DNA of 64,000 nucleotides from an uncultured Methanoregulaceae archaeon (lineage in GTDB: Archaea > Halobacteriota > Methanomicrobia > Methanomicrobiales > Methanospirillaceae). The notes under the pieces are model-generated. The model was given only the letters and a program-made list of their open reading frames with translations, was not told the DNA's origin and searched no databases. How positions within the stretch are numbered: position 1 is the first letter of the stretch; every line of letters begins with the position of its first letter. Position numbers and translations under genes: made by a program. Location: contig OY970343.1 of the NCBI GenBank assembly GCA_963717525.1, positions 1,408,001 to 1,472,000 on the forward strand. The letters run 5' to 3'. Below, piece after piece: positions 53,225-64,000 of the stretch.

Positions 53225-53553
53225 TGCTGGATCTATTGTTGCCGAAGTGTTATAAGAGCACGGGAAAACGGGACCCGGTCCAGCGCGCGTCCCCCTAGCC
53301 CCTGATCGAAATCCTTATGAATGGCAAAAGTCCGGAACAATGCCTATTAAATGGTAAAAATCGAACCTGTATAGTCAGATTGTATCTCATAAGTATGCTT
53401 ATTTGCACGTCCCCGAGGGTGGTTTTCATTCCGGGAATATTCGGGTAATACTATAAGGTACATCGATCACCCACACCGGAATCATTTCAGCAGCCAATAC
53501 GTAGTGGCGGAAAAATGATGGTGCATCAGACGAACGACCACGGATACCGACGC

Positions 53554-54156
53554 ATGAGTGAGCTCAACCTCGCAGGTTTTCTCGCGAGGTCAGCCGCAAA
53601 CGGGCCCGGCATCCGGGCCGTCATCTGGGTGCAGGGGTGCCCGATCCGGTGTAAGGAGTGTTTCAACCCGGCGTTCTGGTCCTTTTCTCCGGTCAACAGG
53701 GTTTCTGCAGGCGAGATTTCCGGCCGGATCCTTGCTCTCAAGGATATCGACGGGGTCACGTTCTCCGGAGGAGAGCCCTTTGCACAGGCAGACGCACTTG
53801 CATCTGTGGGAGAAAAGGTGCAGGAAGCGGGGTATACGGTCGTGACCTATACGGGCTACACGCACGAACAACTCACCTCAAATAATAATCCTGCCTGGGA
53901 CCGGCTCCTGGGGGTCACTGACCTCCTCATCGCTGGCCCGTATATTGGATCCCAAGCCTGCGACAAACCGTACATCGGGTCCTCGAACCAGCAGGTCATC
54001 TCCCTGACCGGAAGAGTCCGCACGGATGTCCCGGACAGACAAGCGCATGGTGAGATCGTTGAATTTTCCATTGCTCCCGGCGGCATGGTCACAACCACCG
54101 GTTTTCCCCGGGAACACATGGTCCGGCAGATCGCCGCCCGTTGCCGGGGAGAGTGA
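53554..54156 (+). CDS. NrdG-like radical SAM activase
   Basis: NGPGIRAVIWVQGCPIRCKECFN, GVTFSGGEPF, YTGYT, GSSNQ. Confidence 0.88.
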   Translation: MSELNLAGFLARSAANGPGIRAVIWVQGCPIRCKECFNPAFWSFSPVNRVSAGEISGRILALKDIDGVTFSGGEPFAQADALASVGEKVQEAGYTVVTYTGYTHEQLTSNNNPAWDRLLGVTDLLIAGPYIGSQACDKPYIGSSNQQVISLTGRVRTDVPDRQAHGEIVEFSIAPGGMVTTTGFPREHMVRQIAARCRGE

Positions 54157-54160
54157 TACC

Positions 54161-54559
54161 ATGTCGCATTTCAGCCGTATCAGGACAACATTCCGGCGGC
54201 GCGAGGCGCTGATCCAGTGCATGCAGGAGCTTGGCTATACGGTCGAGACTGATACGACAATCACGGGATACCACGGCCAGCATAACGTGGATATTGCCGT
54301 GAAAAAATCCGGGAGGTACTGCCTCGGCTTCGTGGAGAACCCTGAAGGCACGTACGACATGGTAGCGGACTGGTGGGGCATTTCGGGAAAAGGCGAGAAG
54401 AAAATCGCCGAAGAACTGAACCATCAGGCAGAGACCATCCAGAAAGAATACGCAAAAAAAATAGTGCTCGAACAGACAGCCGCGGACGGCTTTGACCTTG
54501 TCTCGGAGACCGAAGAGAACGACGGGACCGTGCGGATTGTTGTCAGGAGGTGGAAGTAG
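54161..54559 (+). CDS. DUF1257 (Ycf35-like) protein
   Basis: MSHFSRIRT start, GY.G, LGF..Y.MVAD.W, DGTVRIVVRRW. Confidence 0.85.
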   Translation: MSHFSRIRTTFRRREALIQCMQELGYTVETDTTITGYHGQHNVDIAVKKSGRYCLGFVENPEGTYDMVADWWGISGKGEKKIAEELNHQAETIQKEYAKKIVLEQTAADGFDLVSETEENDGTVRIVVRRWK

Positions 54560-54562
54560 GCT

Positions 54563-56123
54563 ATGCAACTTACCGAACCCGATTTCTCCCGCAGGCTGAA
54601 TGTCTCGCTTCGGGCCCGGGTCACCCTGATTGTCGTGATTACCCCGGAAGAAGAGAGGGTGGTATCGCAAATCCGGGAGGTCTGCGAGAGATGGGATCCT
54701 CCCCGTCAGTGCATTGCGTGGGACAGCGTGGATGGTTTTTCCATTATCGTCGGCAATAAAGATTTCCTGAACCAGTCGCGGGACCCGCTTACAGCTCTCG
54801 ACGACATAGCGAAGACCGGGGAGGATGCCGTCATCATCCTCAAAGACTTTCACGAGTACCTGGAACAACCCGCAGGTGAAAAGACGGATCCGCAACTCCT
54901 CGCAGGCATTCCGTTACAACCGGCGCACGATCGTGATCGTGACCCCGACACCCAAGGTACCGGATGAGATCCGCGACGAAGCGGTAATCGTGCATTTTCC
55001 CCCACCAACGGCAGCCGAACTCTCTGCCGATCTCGACAACCTGCTTACCACAAGCGGCATTTCCTGTTCGCTCTCCCCTGCCGGCCGGGAAAAGATCATC
55101 CAGGCAGCCATTGGTATGACCCTCAATCAGGCACGCCGGGCATTCTCGAAAGCTATCGTCACCCATGGTACGCTTGACGACCGGGATATCGATGCGATCA
55201 TCGCAGACAAAAAAGATATTCTGAGGGCCTCGGACGCGCTGGAGTTTTACAGTTATACCGAGGCCCCGGAGAACGTCGGGGGCCTTGCAGTCCTCAAGGA
55301 CTGGCTCTCCCTGCGTGAGCGGGCGTTCACGCAGGATGCGCGCGACTTCGGGCTCCCGGCGCCGAAAGGTATCGCGTTGATTGGCATCCCGGGCACGGGC
55401 AAGAGCCTCACGGCAAAGATGATCGCCGACCTCTGGCACCTGCCCCTGCTCAGGCTTGACGTGGGGGCGCTCTTTGGCAGCCTTGTAGGCGAATCCGAGG
55501 AGAGGACGCGCCGCGCTCTCTCGCTTGCGGAGACGATCAGCCCATGCATCCTCTGGGTGGACGAGATCGAGAAAGCGTTTGCGTTCGGCAGCGGGGATGC
55601 CGGCACGAGCCAGCGGGTCTTTGCCCACCTCCTCACCTGGATGCAGGATAAGACCTCCCCCTGTTTTGTGGTAGCGACCGCGAACAACATCGCTGCCCTC
55701 CCGCCGGAACTGCTGCGGAAGGGCCGCTTCGACGAGATCTTCTTCCTCGATCTGCCCACCATTGAGGAACGGCGCGAGATCTTTACCGTGCACCTCAAGA
55801 AGCGCAAGTGCATCCCCGCGGAGTTCGACCTCGACACTCTTGCACAGAAGAGCGAGGGCTACGTGGGCGCCGAGATCGAGCAGACGATCATCGACGCGAT
55901 GTACCGCGCGTTCAGCGAGAACATGCGCCGGGTCACGACCACTGACATCCTTTTCTGCATGAAGACGCAGGTCCCCCTCTCAGTCTCGCAGCGAGAGACG
56001 GTGGCAACCCTCCGGGCCTGGCTTGCGGAGGGGCGGGCGCAGTCCGCATCGCGGACAGCCACGCCATCTTCGGGGAACGGGAGAGCGATTGCGCTGGAGA
56101 CCTTCGACACAGGGCGCCCGTGA
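54563..56123 (+). CDS. Ycf46-like AAA+ ATPase; apparent +1 frameshift near 54859
   Basis: TPEEER and LKDFH N-domain; VGGL..LKDW, GIPGTGKS, WVDEIEK, ATAN, LRKGRFDEIFF. Confidence 0.88.
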
Positions 56124-56129
56124 GCCTCT

Positions 56130-58936
56130 ATGAAGATTGCCCCCACATTTCCGGTCATCGGCCCCTTGTTCTACCGGCGTTCGGTCAAGGTGATTGCGGG
56201 GGCTGTGAAAAAAGGGGACCTGCAGGCAGTCCGGGAACTGATCGCTATTGCCAGAGCGGGGCCTGATGCGCCTGCGCGGGCGATCGCGTTCGATGCCCTG
56301 GATACCCTTTCATCGCAGGACGCTGATCGATGTGTTCTGCGGGGAGGTGCTGCTCCAGGAAGACCCGGCACTTGAAAAAATTGCCACCAGCCGGGGATAT
56401 CTCCCCTCGGAGCCGGGATTCGCGGCGCTCTTTTTGTATATCACCGGGCAGGACGAGGCATTGTGCCGGTTTGATCCCGACAGCCATCATCCCATGCTCT
56501 CCCGAGGGTATGCTGCGGCACCGGATGGGATCAAAGCCCGGGCGCTCCACCGGGCCTCCGATACCCGCATGGGCAGGATTCTTGCACATGCACTGATCGG
56601 GACGGACCCGGTCCGGGCTGCCGGAACATGGTCGTATGGCGAGTGGGAGACGGTCATCTCCAGCCTGACGGACGAGGGGGCGTGGGACGTGCTGTGGCTG
56701 CTGGTCGTTTCCGCGCCCCCGTCACTCGCGGTCGCGGCCCTGAACGCCATGAAGGTGGCCGGCTGGAGACCGGGGGGTGACGGGATGCAGGTCTTCCGCG
56801 AACTGGTCCGCGAGCTGCCGGAAGCATGGGCGTATCCGGCGCCTGAAAAACCCCTCCTCTCCATGGGGAACCAGGACAGCCAGTGCCTGATACTTGCATT
56901 CTCCCGCGACGGCACACTTCTTGCCTCCGGCGACTGCGACGGGAGAATTGCAATCTGGCAGCGCTCATCAGCCCGGCTCATTACATCCATTACAACAAAT
57001 GCCGGTTCCATCGGCTTTCTTGCATTCGCAGCAGATAACTCGTACCTGGTTTCAGGAGGGAACAACGGGAAGCTTACCTGCTCTGGCATTCCCTTGGGAA
57101 ACACGATCTGGTCGTACGCGGACGAAAGCCACCCGGTTTCCTGTGCTGCAATGTTGGGTAACGGAGAGGAGCTGATTGCCGGTGATGATCGCGGAGGGAT
57201 GATCCGCATCGGGTGCCGGACAGGTAAAACCCTGCTCGCGGTACCAGGGCACCCGTCCAAAGTCACCTCCCTTTCCCCTGCTCCGGACGAAAAAAGCATC
57301 GCTTTTGGCCACGCTGACGGGACCACCCGTTGCCGGGACATCTTAACCGGGGGAGAGAGATGGACCGTGCCGGGCACCGGTGACGCGGTCAGGGCACTTG
57401 CACGCACAGGACAGGATGATCAGGTGTATGTGGTTTATGAACGTTCCCTCCCCGTACTCAGGGACGGGGGCACCGGTGTGCCGGTGCGGACATACACCGG
57501 GTTCTCCGGTCATCCTGCCTGCCACGCGATATCGGCAGAAAATTCTCTGGCCGCAATCGGCAGCGATGATCATGTACTCCGGCTCTGGAACTGGCAGGAG
57601 AAGAACCCGGCAACAGAAATTCCCTTCTACAACCGCCTTCCGACATGCTGTGCCCTGACACCTGACGGGAAACTGGCCGCTGCCGGCTGCAACGAGGGCA
57701 CGATATACTATTTCAGTGTTCCCGAAGGGCGGCGGATAAAAGAATTCCGGGGATACAGGCAGGCAGTCACTGCCTGTGCCATCTCTCCGGACGGCAAGAT
57801 TCTTGCTACCGCGGGAGGAGATGGCACCGTGACACTCCGGGGCATTCCCTCCGGGGAACTCCTCCGGACGCTCACGAGCCCCGCCGGTGCAGTAACCGCC
57901 CTTGCCCTCACCTCCGGTTCGGGTGGCACCGGGATAGTTGCCGGGACTGCTGATGGCAGGGTCCGCATCTTCTCCCAAAAAGACGGCACGCTTGTCAGAT
58001 CCATCGATGTGTACACGCCATCGGTCAGGGCCCTTGCGGTCAGTCCTGACGGGATATACCTTGCCTGTGCCGGGAAAGACCCCAGCCTCCGCATCTGGGA
58101 ACTTGCAGAGGGGGGCCTTGTGGCCACGTGCGAAACTCTCACTACCACCGTCCGGTGCCTCGCCTTCCTGCCGGATACAGCCGCATGCATCTCCTGCGGC
58201 TGGGACGGGGTGGTAAGAATCTGGGATGTGCCGGGCGGGAAACTGACGGGGACACTGTCCGGGCATTCAAGCATCATCACCTGCTGCTGCGTTGATCCCA
58301 GAGGGCGCCTTCTTGTCACCGGGAGTAACGACACGACCCTGCGAATCTGGCAGCGGACCGGTGAAAACAAGAGTGTCGTTCTTGAGGAGGCAAAACATGA
58401 GGTGAGCGCCTGCGCGATCTCACCGGATGGCACCCTCCTTGCCGCCGCAGGCACAGACCCCGTGCTCCGGCTGTACCATCTGCCGGAGGGGACTGCTGCC
58501 GGGACGATCCCCCAGATCCCGGGAAGACCAACTGCTCTCGTGTTCACCGATGACGGGCTCGCGATCGCGGCTGGATATGACCATGGCACCCTCGCGTTCT
58601 ATGCTCTCCACGGGCACTTCCTGATCCGGGCCCTGCCCGCCCATGCAGGCGCCGTCACCGGGATCGTTTCCATAAGGGGCGAAGACTGCATCGTTACCAG
58701 CGGTACTGACGGGATGATCCACATCTTCCGGGTCCCTTTCATGCGGCCTCTGTCACAAACTACCCTTGCAGACCTTGCTTTCGCACAGGAACAGGAAACA
58801 GCCGCAGGTACAGGATGCCATGGCTGAACAGTGGAGGTTTCTCTGCCACCTGCTGTCCATCCGGTTCCAGAACGAGATCGAACTCTGCCCGGCATACCGC
58901 GATGCCGGAGTGTACGACATCCAGATCGTCGGGTGA
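56130..58936 (+). CDS. Large WD40-repeat protein with helical N-terminus; apparent frameshifts near 56325 and 58815
   Basis: More than a dozen WD40-like repeats (SPDG..LA.AG.D..LR.W); corrected C-terminus ...RFQNEIELCPAYRDAGVYDIQIVG*. Confidence 0.85.
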
Positions 58937-58941
58937 TCCCC

Positions 58942-60564
58942 GTGGACAGGTACGCACATTCCCTCCAACCGGCAGTTCGTCTCGGGGTAGACTTCGGAAC
59001 CGGAACGCTTGTCATCGGCATCACGGGACAGGATGGCAAAGGGTACCGTACGCTGGAGTTCCCCGGCTGGTCGCGGGAAATGCCCGGCACAGGAGCCGGC
59101 GGACCGGTGCACGCAGTACCGGTGTTGATCCATTACGACGAGAAAGGGAACAGGACCATTGGCAACGAAGTGGTGCGTGCGGGTGATTCCGATCACCCCC
59201 GGACGGCGCGATGGATCCGGAAATACCTGCTGGAGGAAAGCCCGGTGCGGATCCCGGCCGGTCCGGATCGCCGTATCACGTTCCGCGATGCGGCAACGGA
59301 TTTCCTCACCGCCGTCCTTACCCGCGCAATACGGGAGTACCCCGGGTGCTCTTCGGTTGTCTTTGCCATTCCCAAGGATGTTCCTGAATGGTATACCGGA
59401 TGGCTTGGGAGCATTGCCGATGCTGCAGGCATCAGGTCCTGGCACACGCTTGCCGAACCTGCTGCCGTGGTTGCCGGGTACGGGCTGTCTCCCGAAGCGG
59501 GGCAGGGGTATCTCATCATCCGCTGGGACGAGACGGACTTTTCGGCGTCCTTTATCCTGTCTGAAGGAGCATCGGACCAGTGCCCTGCCGGGGGCCCGCG
59601 GGTGACCGGTACGGCCTGCGATGATACAGGATGCAAGGCTATCGATGGCTGGATCGCACAGGATGTGCTCGCCCGGAACCACATGATGCACAGGGGACCA
59701 AAAACACAGAGGATACATGATAAAATCACCGGAAGGATTGGGGAGCTGTACAGCCAGCTGGCAGCAGCAGATGAGGCCATCATCGGGATCGAAGATCCGC
59801 TTTCCGGAACCACCTTCCCTGCCCGGCTATCACGGGATGATGTTGGCCGGATCCTGACGGAGCACGGGTTTTTGTCAGTCTTTGACCGTACAATCGGCCG
59901 TGCACGTGCAGCTGCCATATCCCGCGGGTGCAAAGAGGTACTGCCCGTCGCCGTCATTATGACCGGCCAGGGGTGTGCGATACCTGCTGTCGAGGATCTC
60001 ATAAAAAAGCAGTTTGAAGGCGTGCCGGTCCTGTCCGATCACCCGCTCGATGCCGTTGCCCGCGGGGCTGCGCTTTTCCTACCCCATGCGAGCCGGACTG
60101 ACCGGATCAAAAACGACTATGCGCTCCGGTACTGGGATTCCAAAAGCCGGGAGCACCGGTTCCGGTTCCTTGTGCGCAGCGGGGCCCTGTACCCGAGCGC
60201 CGGCCAGGTAGCCCGTATCACCATCAGCGCCGCGTACGATGGCCAGACCCGGCTCGGCATCCCCCTGTTCGAGATCAGCAACTCGGCGGATGCGCAGGCG
60301 CCTGCCCTTGAGCTGGTGTCGGACCCTGCCGGGGGGATCCGTCTCGCCATACCACCGGGAGATGCCGGTACCGGGAGCAGGCCGCTTTTGGCAAACGAGC
60401 GGACTCCTACGCTGCTCGCCGCTGACCCGCCGGCACTGAAAGGCGAACCACGGTTCGAACTGACGTTCACGCTCGACCGGGAAAAACAACTGCGTGTCAC
60501 GGCACGCGACCTTGTGACCGGCATGCTCGTGAAAAAGGATGCACCGGTGCACAGGCTGACCTGA
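58942..60564 (+). CDS. Divergent Hsp70/DnaK-fold protein
   Basis: LGVDFGT, FAIP, LAEPAA, MTGQG..IPAV, AVARGAA, FTLD..LRVTARD. Confidence 0.8.
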   Translation: MDRYAHSLQPAVRLGVDFGTGTLVIGITGQDGKGYRTLEFPGWSREMPGTGAGGPVHAVPVLIHYDEKGNRTIGNEVVRAGDSDHPRTARWIRKYLLEESPVRIPAGPDRRITFRDAATDFLTAVLTRAIREYPGCSSVVFAIPKDVPEWYTGWLGSIADAAGIRSWHTLAEPAAVVAGYGLSPEAGQGYLIIRWDETDFSASFILSEGASDQCPAGGPRVTGTACDDTGCKAIDGWIAQDVLARNHMMHRGPKTQRIHDKITGRIGELYSQLAAADEAIIGIEDPLSGTTFPARLSRDDVGRILTEHGFLSVFDRTIGRARAAAISRGCKEVLPVAVIMTGQGCAIPAVEDLIKKQFEGVPVLSDHPLDAVARGAALFLPHASRTDRIKNDYALRYWDSKSREHRFRFLVRSGALYPSAGQVARITISAAYDGQTRLGIPLFEISNSADAQAPALELVSDPAGGIRLAIPPGDAGTGSRPLLANERTPTLLAADPPALKGEPRFELTFTLDREKQLRVTARDLVTGMLVKKDAPVHRLT

Positions 60565-60581
60565 TACAAGGAGGAAAAAAT

Positions 60582-60785
60582 ATGGAAATGCAGGAACTGG
60601 AGATCACAATCGATAAGGAAGGCAGAATACAGGTTAAAGTGAACGGGGCGCACGGTGCTGACTGCCTTGCGATGACCAAAAACCTCGAGGAGGCCGCAGG
60701 AGTTGTGGAGGAGCGGGCCTTTTCACCGGCGTACTACGAACAACCGATGCATGAAGAGCATTATACCTGTATCCGGCGATACTAA
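60582..60785 (+). CDS. DUF2997-like small protein
   Basis: EITIDKEGRIQVKVNGAHGADC..TKNLEEA.G..YYE; AGGAGG SD. Confidence 0.85.
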   Translation: MEMQELEITIDKEGRIQVKVNGAHGADCLAMTKNLEEAAGVVEERAFSPAYYEQPMHEEHYTCIRRY

Positions 60786-60791
60786 AGAAAA

Positions 60792-61637
60792 TTACCGGGC
60801 AAGGTTCCGCACGGCCTGGATGTTGCCCCGGTCATCCCTCCGGTCATCCACCGGTGTCTCGCAGATCAGCGGCAGGCGGGCAAAGGCCGGGTGATGGAGG
60901 ATACGCCGGAATCCGTCCTCCCCGATGAACCCCATGCCGATATGCTCGTGACGGTCAAGGCCACTCCCTAGATCGCCCTTGGTGTCGTTGGCGTGGATCA
61001 CCTTCAGCCGATCGATACCCACAGTCTCATCCAGCTGTGCGAGCGTGGCGGCAAGACCTGCTTCTGTCCGCAGCTCGTACCCGGCGGCAAACGCGTGGCA
61101 GGTATCAAAACAGATACCTATCCTATTGGATTTTTCTATCCCGTCGATGATCCCCTGAATGTGCTCGAAACTGCTGCCCACACTGTTCTTCTCTCCGGCG
61201 GTATTTTCCAGCAGTAGCATGACGTTCGAATCAGGCGATTCAAGCGCCATATTCACCGCTTTTATCACCCGGGCCCTGCCTCCCGCGATCCCGTCCCCGA
61301 GGTGATGACCGAGATGGGTGACAAGACAGGGTATGCCAAGACGCCCGCACCGGTCAAGCTCGGCCTGAAGCGTCTGGACAGACTTTTCCCATATGTCTGA
61401 CTTGGGAGACGCAAGATTGGGGAGGTAAGGCATGTGGTCGACCGGAAGGAGGCCGGTCGTTGTAATTTTCTGCCGGAAAAGGGTGCAGTCAGCATCAGTC
61501 AGGGGCCTGAATCCCCACCCCCGGGGGTTGCGCGAGAACATCTGGAAGACATCGCAGCCGGCGTCCTTTGCCCGGTCGACCGCGAGATCGATAGAGCCGG
61601 CGATCGATACATGCACGCCAACCTTTACCTGTGCCAT
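60792..61637 (-). CDS. nfo: Endonuclease IV
   Basis: GVHVSIAG, HMPYLPNLAS, LENTAG, DTCHAFAAG, DRHEHIG, ETP. Confidence 0.96.
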   Translation of the reverse strand: MAQVKVGVHVSIAGSIDLAVDRAKDAGCDVFQMFSRNPRGWGFRPLTDADCTLFRQKITTTGLLPVDHMPYLPNLASPKSDIWEKSVQTLQAELDRCGRLGIPCLVTHLGHHLGDGIAGGRARVIKAVNMALESPDSNVMLLLENTAGEKNSVGSSFEHIQGIIDGIEKSNRIGICFDTCHAFAAGYELRTEAGLAATLAQLDETVGIDRLKVIHANDTKGDLGSGLDRHEHIGMGFIGEDGFRRILHHPAFARLPLICETPVDDRRDDRGNIQAVRNLAR

Positions 61638-61796
61638 GGGTGACCTCCATCCAGTACGGGCATCATCTGCATCTGATCACCATTGTGGCGCACCGGTTCA
61701 TGGAGGTTGTGATCAGGTTCAGGTAACCGGAGGTCAAAAGAGGGAGAGTTACCGGGTACCTGCATCTTGATGATGAAAGACTGCCAATCTCCGGGT

Positions 61797-62540
61797 ATGC
61801 AGGTCACCTTTCTTGGGACAAACGGCTGGTACGATTCCACCACGGGAAACACGGTCTCCGCGCTGATCACGGCACGGGACTACGATATCATTCTCGATGC
61901 GGGAAACGGCATCGCAAAGGCCGACCGGTATATTTCGCAGGACAAGCCGGTCTTTCTGTTCATCAGCCATTTCCATCTCGACCATACCGAAGGACTCCAT
62001 ACGCTGGTGAAGTTCAGGTTCAGGAAGGGGCTTGCCATCTGCGGGCAGATCGGCACGAGAGCAGACCTTGCCGGGCTCGTCCGCGAGCCCTACACGGTGC
62101 CGCTTGACAAAGTCCCCTTCGCGGTCGCCGTAACCGAACTTGCGGACGGTCCCCACGAACTCCCGTTCAAGGTAACATGCCTGCCGCTTGTCCACCCCGT
62201 TCCCTGCCGGGGCTTCAGGTTCGAAATCGACGGGAAGGTCATCACCTATTGTACTGACACGGGTGTCTGCGACAACGCGATCACGCTCGCACGGGGCGCC
62301 GACCTCCTCATCACCGAGTGCGGATTAAAGCCCGGGCAAAAGAGCCCCGACTGGCCGCACCTGAACCCCGAAGATGCGATTCATATCGCAAAGGCGGCAA
62401 AGGTAAAACGCCTCGCGCTGATGCATTTCGGTGCGGAGGTGTATCATACCCTTGAGGAACGCCGGGCCCTCAAAGGGCAGTTTGAGGAGATCTGCCCGGG
62501 ACTTATCGTATCAGAAGATGGGATGACGGTAGATGTGTGA
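61797..62540 (+). CDS. MBL-fold metallo-hydrolase, RNase Z-like
   Basis: FLGT, LDAG, SHFHLDH, DTG, DLLITEC, HL, MH. Confidence 0.85.
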   Translation: MQVTFLGTNGWYDSTTGNTVSALITARDYDIILDAGNGIAKADRYISQDKPVFLFISHFHLDHTEGLHTLVKFRFRKGLAICGQIGTRADLAGLVREPYTVPLDKVPFAVAVTELADGPHELPFKVTCLPLVHPVPCRGFRFEIDGKVITYCTDTGVCDNAITLARGADLLITECGLKPGQKSPDWPHLNPEDAIHIAKAAKVKRLALMHFGAEVYHTLEERRALKGQFEEICPGLIVSEDGMTVDV

Positions 62541-62773
62541 GGGGAATGTTCCTTCACGCAACCCCATAAAAAAGACCGGTGATCTGTGGCTGCATACACT
62601 CACCACACCCTGGGACCCCGGTCTCATCCGGGTTTATTTCTGCCCCCGACTGGTGCCTGAAACTCCAAAAAAAGTAGGTATCGGGCCCGTCGATATTTTT
62701 GCCAGGCCCCGGGCGATTATGCCGGTTCATCATGTCTTATGTAGTGGCACGGTTATCAGTACACTGAGAAACC

Positions 62774-63355
62774 ATGTTCGGGGATATTCTTGGATGGATT
62801 ATACTGGGAATTGTTATCCTGGTCATCATCATTCTTATCGTCTGGCTGATTGCACGGACAATCGGCATATACAACCATTTCTACATCCTGAAAAATTCGT
62901 CCGAGGCGACACTCGGCCAGATCCGGGTTGCGATGAAAAAACGGCTGGACATGATCGAGCAGCTGCTCGGTGCGGTGAAGAGCTACGCAAAGTTCGAGCA
63001 GGAGACCTTTACCCGGGTCACCGCCATGCGGGCTGCCGTTGCGACTGCAGGGCCGGGGGACTTAAACAAGGTCGAGGCAGAGTCCCGCTCGATCTTCGGG
63101 CGCCTGCTTGCCGTTGCCGAAAACTATCCGGACCTAAAGACCTCCCAGAGCGTCACCTCGCTTATGGACTCGGTCAAAAGCCTTGAGGACGAGATCTCCC
63201 GTCACCGGTATACCTACAACAATATCTCGCAGGAGTTCAACACGATGATGGATACGATTCCCTCCAGTTTCATCGGACACCTGGCCCACCTGTCGAAACT
63301 TGAGTACCTCCAGTTCGAAGAAGAGATAAAGACACCCCCGAAGATCGAGTTCTGA
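62774..63355 (+). CDS. lemA: LemA family protein
   Basis: N-terminal TM; KKRLD, AVAENYPDLK, R..YN...FN. Confidence 0.92.
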   Translation: MFGDILGWIILGIVILVIIILIVWLIARTIGIYNHFYILKNSSEATLGQIRVAMKKRLDMIEQLLGAVKSYAKFEQETFTRVTAMRAAVATAGPGDLNKVEAESRSIFGRLLAVAENYPDLKTSQSVTSLMDSVKSLEDEISRHRYTYNNISQEFNTMMDTIPSSFIGHLAHLSKLEYLQFEEEIKTPPKIEF

Positions 63356-63368
63356 AAGGAAAAGTACC

Positions 63369-64000
63369 ATGAGCGAAATAAAACAGGTGGTCGTGCTCGT
63401 CATCGCCACACTTCTTATCGGGGTAATCGGGCTTGCGGCCGTCCTCACCATCCCCCCGTTACTCCAGGGCGACCTCGTTGCCAGTTCATACGGGGCGGTT
63501 CTCTATCCGAATGGCACGCTCCACGAGCAGTATACCTACACTGTCGATAACTCCGGCGAGTACCGGATGCTCTACCGGAGCTGGGAGGCACCGCTGACAT
63601 TCACGGCTGTTAACCAGTCGTCTATCCAGCTGGTCACAATCGATGCACCGGCCGGGACGATCGGGTACGCGAAGGACTATTCAGGAAATGTCTACCTTTC
63701 GACCCCGGGCCAGAGTTCATCTGTTTCAGACCAGGTCGGGTATCTCGCAGATACCGATGAAGTCGGGATCTACGACCCGGATTATTTTGCAGCGGGGACG
63801 TATACGGTCGGGTACACCTACACGATCCATCCCCCGATTGAATATGATTCCGCGAACGACCATCTGAACCTCCTGCTGGCGGGCGGGAGCCATATCCCGT
63901 ACCAGTCCGTCCAGATCACAATCCCTGCCACCGGTGTCACACAGGTATACGCATATCCCCCAAGCCTGACGACAGAAAAGACCGGTGACACGTACACGCT
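63369..64000 (+). CDS. Membrane/secreted protein (DUF2207-like), 3'-truncated by window
   Basis: ATG 63369, N-terminal TM, NGTLHEQYTY..YRMLYR; open to window end; follows lemA. Confidence 0.65.
   Translation, partial: MSEIKQVVVLVIATLLIGVIGLAAVLTIPPLLQGDLVASSYGAVLYPNGTLHEQYTYTVDNSGEYRMLYRSWEAPLTFTAVNQSSIQLVTIDAPAGTIGYAKDYSGNVYLSTPGQSSSVSDQVGYLADTDEVGIYDPDYFAAGTYTVGYTYTIHPPIEYDSANDHLNLLLAGGSHIPYQSVQITIPATGVTQVYAYPPSLTTEKTGDTYT

Noticed and set aside
54850..54870. Programmed ribosomal frameshifting in the AAA+, WD40 or integrase genes
   Set aside because: No slippery heptamers, and similar indels hit housekeeping genes, so error is more parsimonious.

Overview
64-kb chromosomal window of a methanogenic euryarchaeon, most consistent with Methanomicrobiales (Methanoregula-like): mch, methanogenesis marker 12, porCDAB, NifB-like radical SAM, archaeal ribosomal proteins, EF-1alpha, CetZ. 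Most of it is housekeeping. Two regions stand out. (1) An ~8.8-kb capsid-less integrative element (21307-30145) bounded by a perfect 20-bp direct repeat. The repeat is the 5' end of a box C/D guide sRNA (intact copy 30126-30182), not a tRNA. The element carries a Zn-ribbon tyrosine integrase, a second short tyrosine recombinase, a split primase/PriCT/helicase-like module with an iteron-like origin, an RHH-type switch and surface/membrane cargo. (2) A six-gene operon (53554-60785): NrdG-like radical SAM activase, DUF1257/Ycf35-like protein, Ycf46-like AAA+ ATPase, large WD40 protein, degenerate Hsp70-fold protein and DUF2997-like protein, of unknown function. Also present: tRNA-Val(TAC), a K-turn in the L7Ae leader, a broken PLD-nuclease gene and a secreted serpin. 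Many single-base indels, including one in porB, suggest sequencing/assembly error rather than real pseudogenes. Family names are assigned from motif recognition without database searches.
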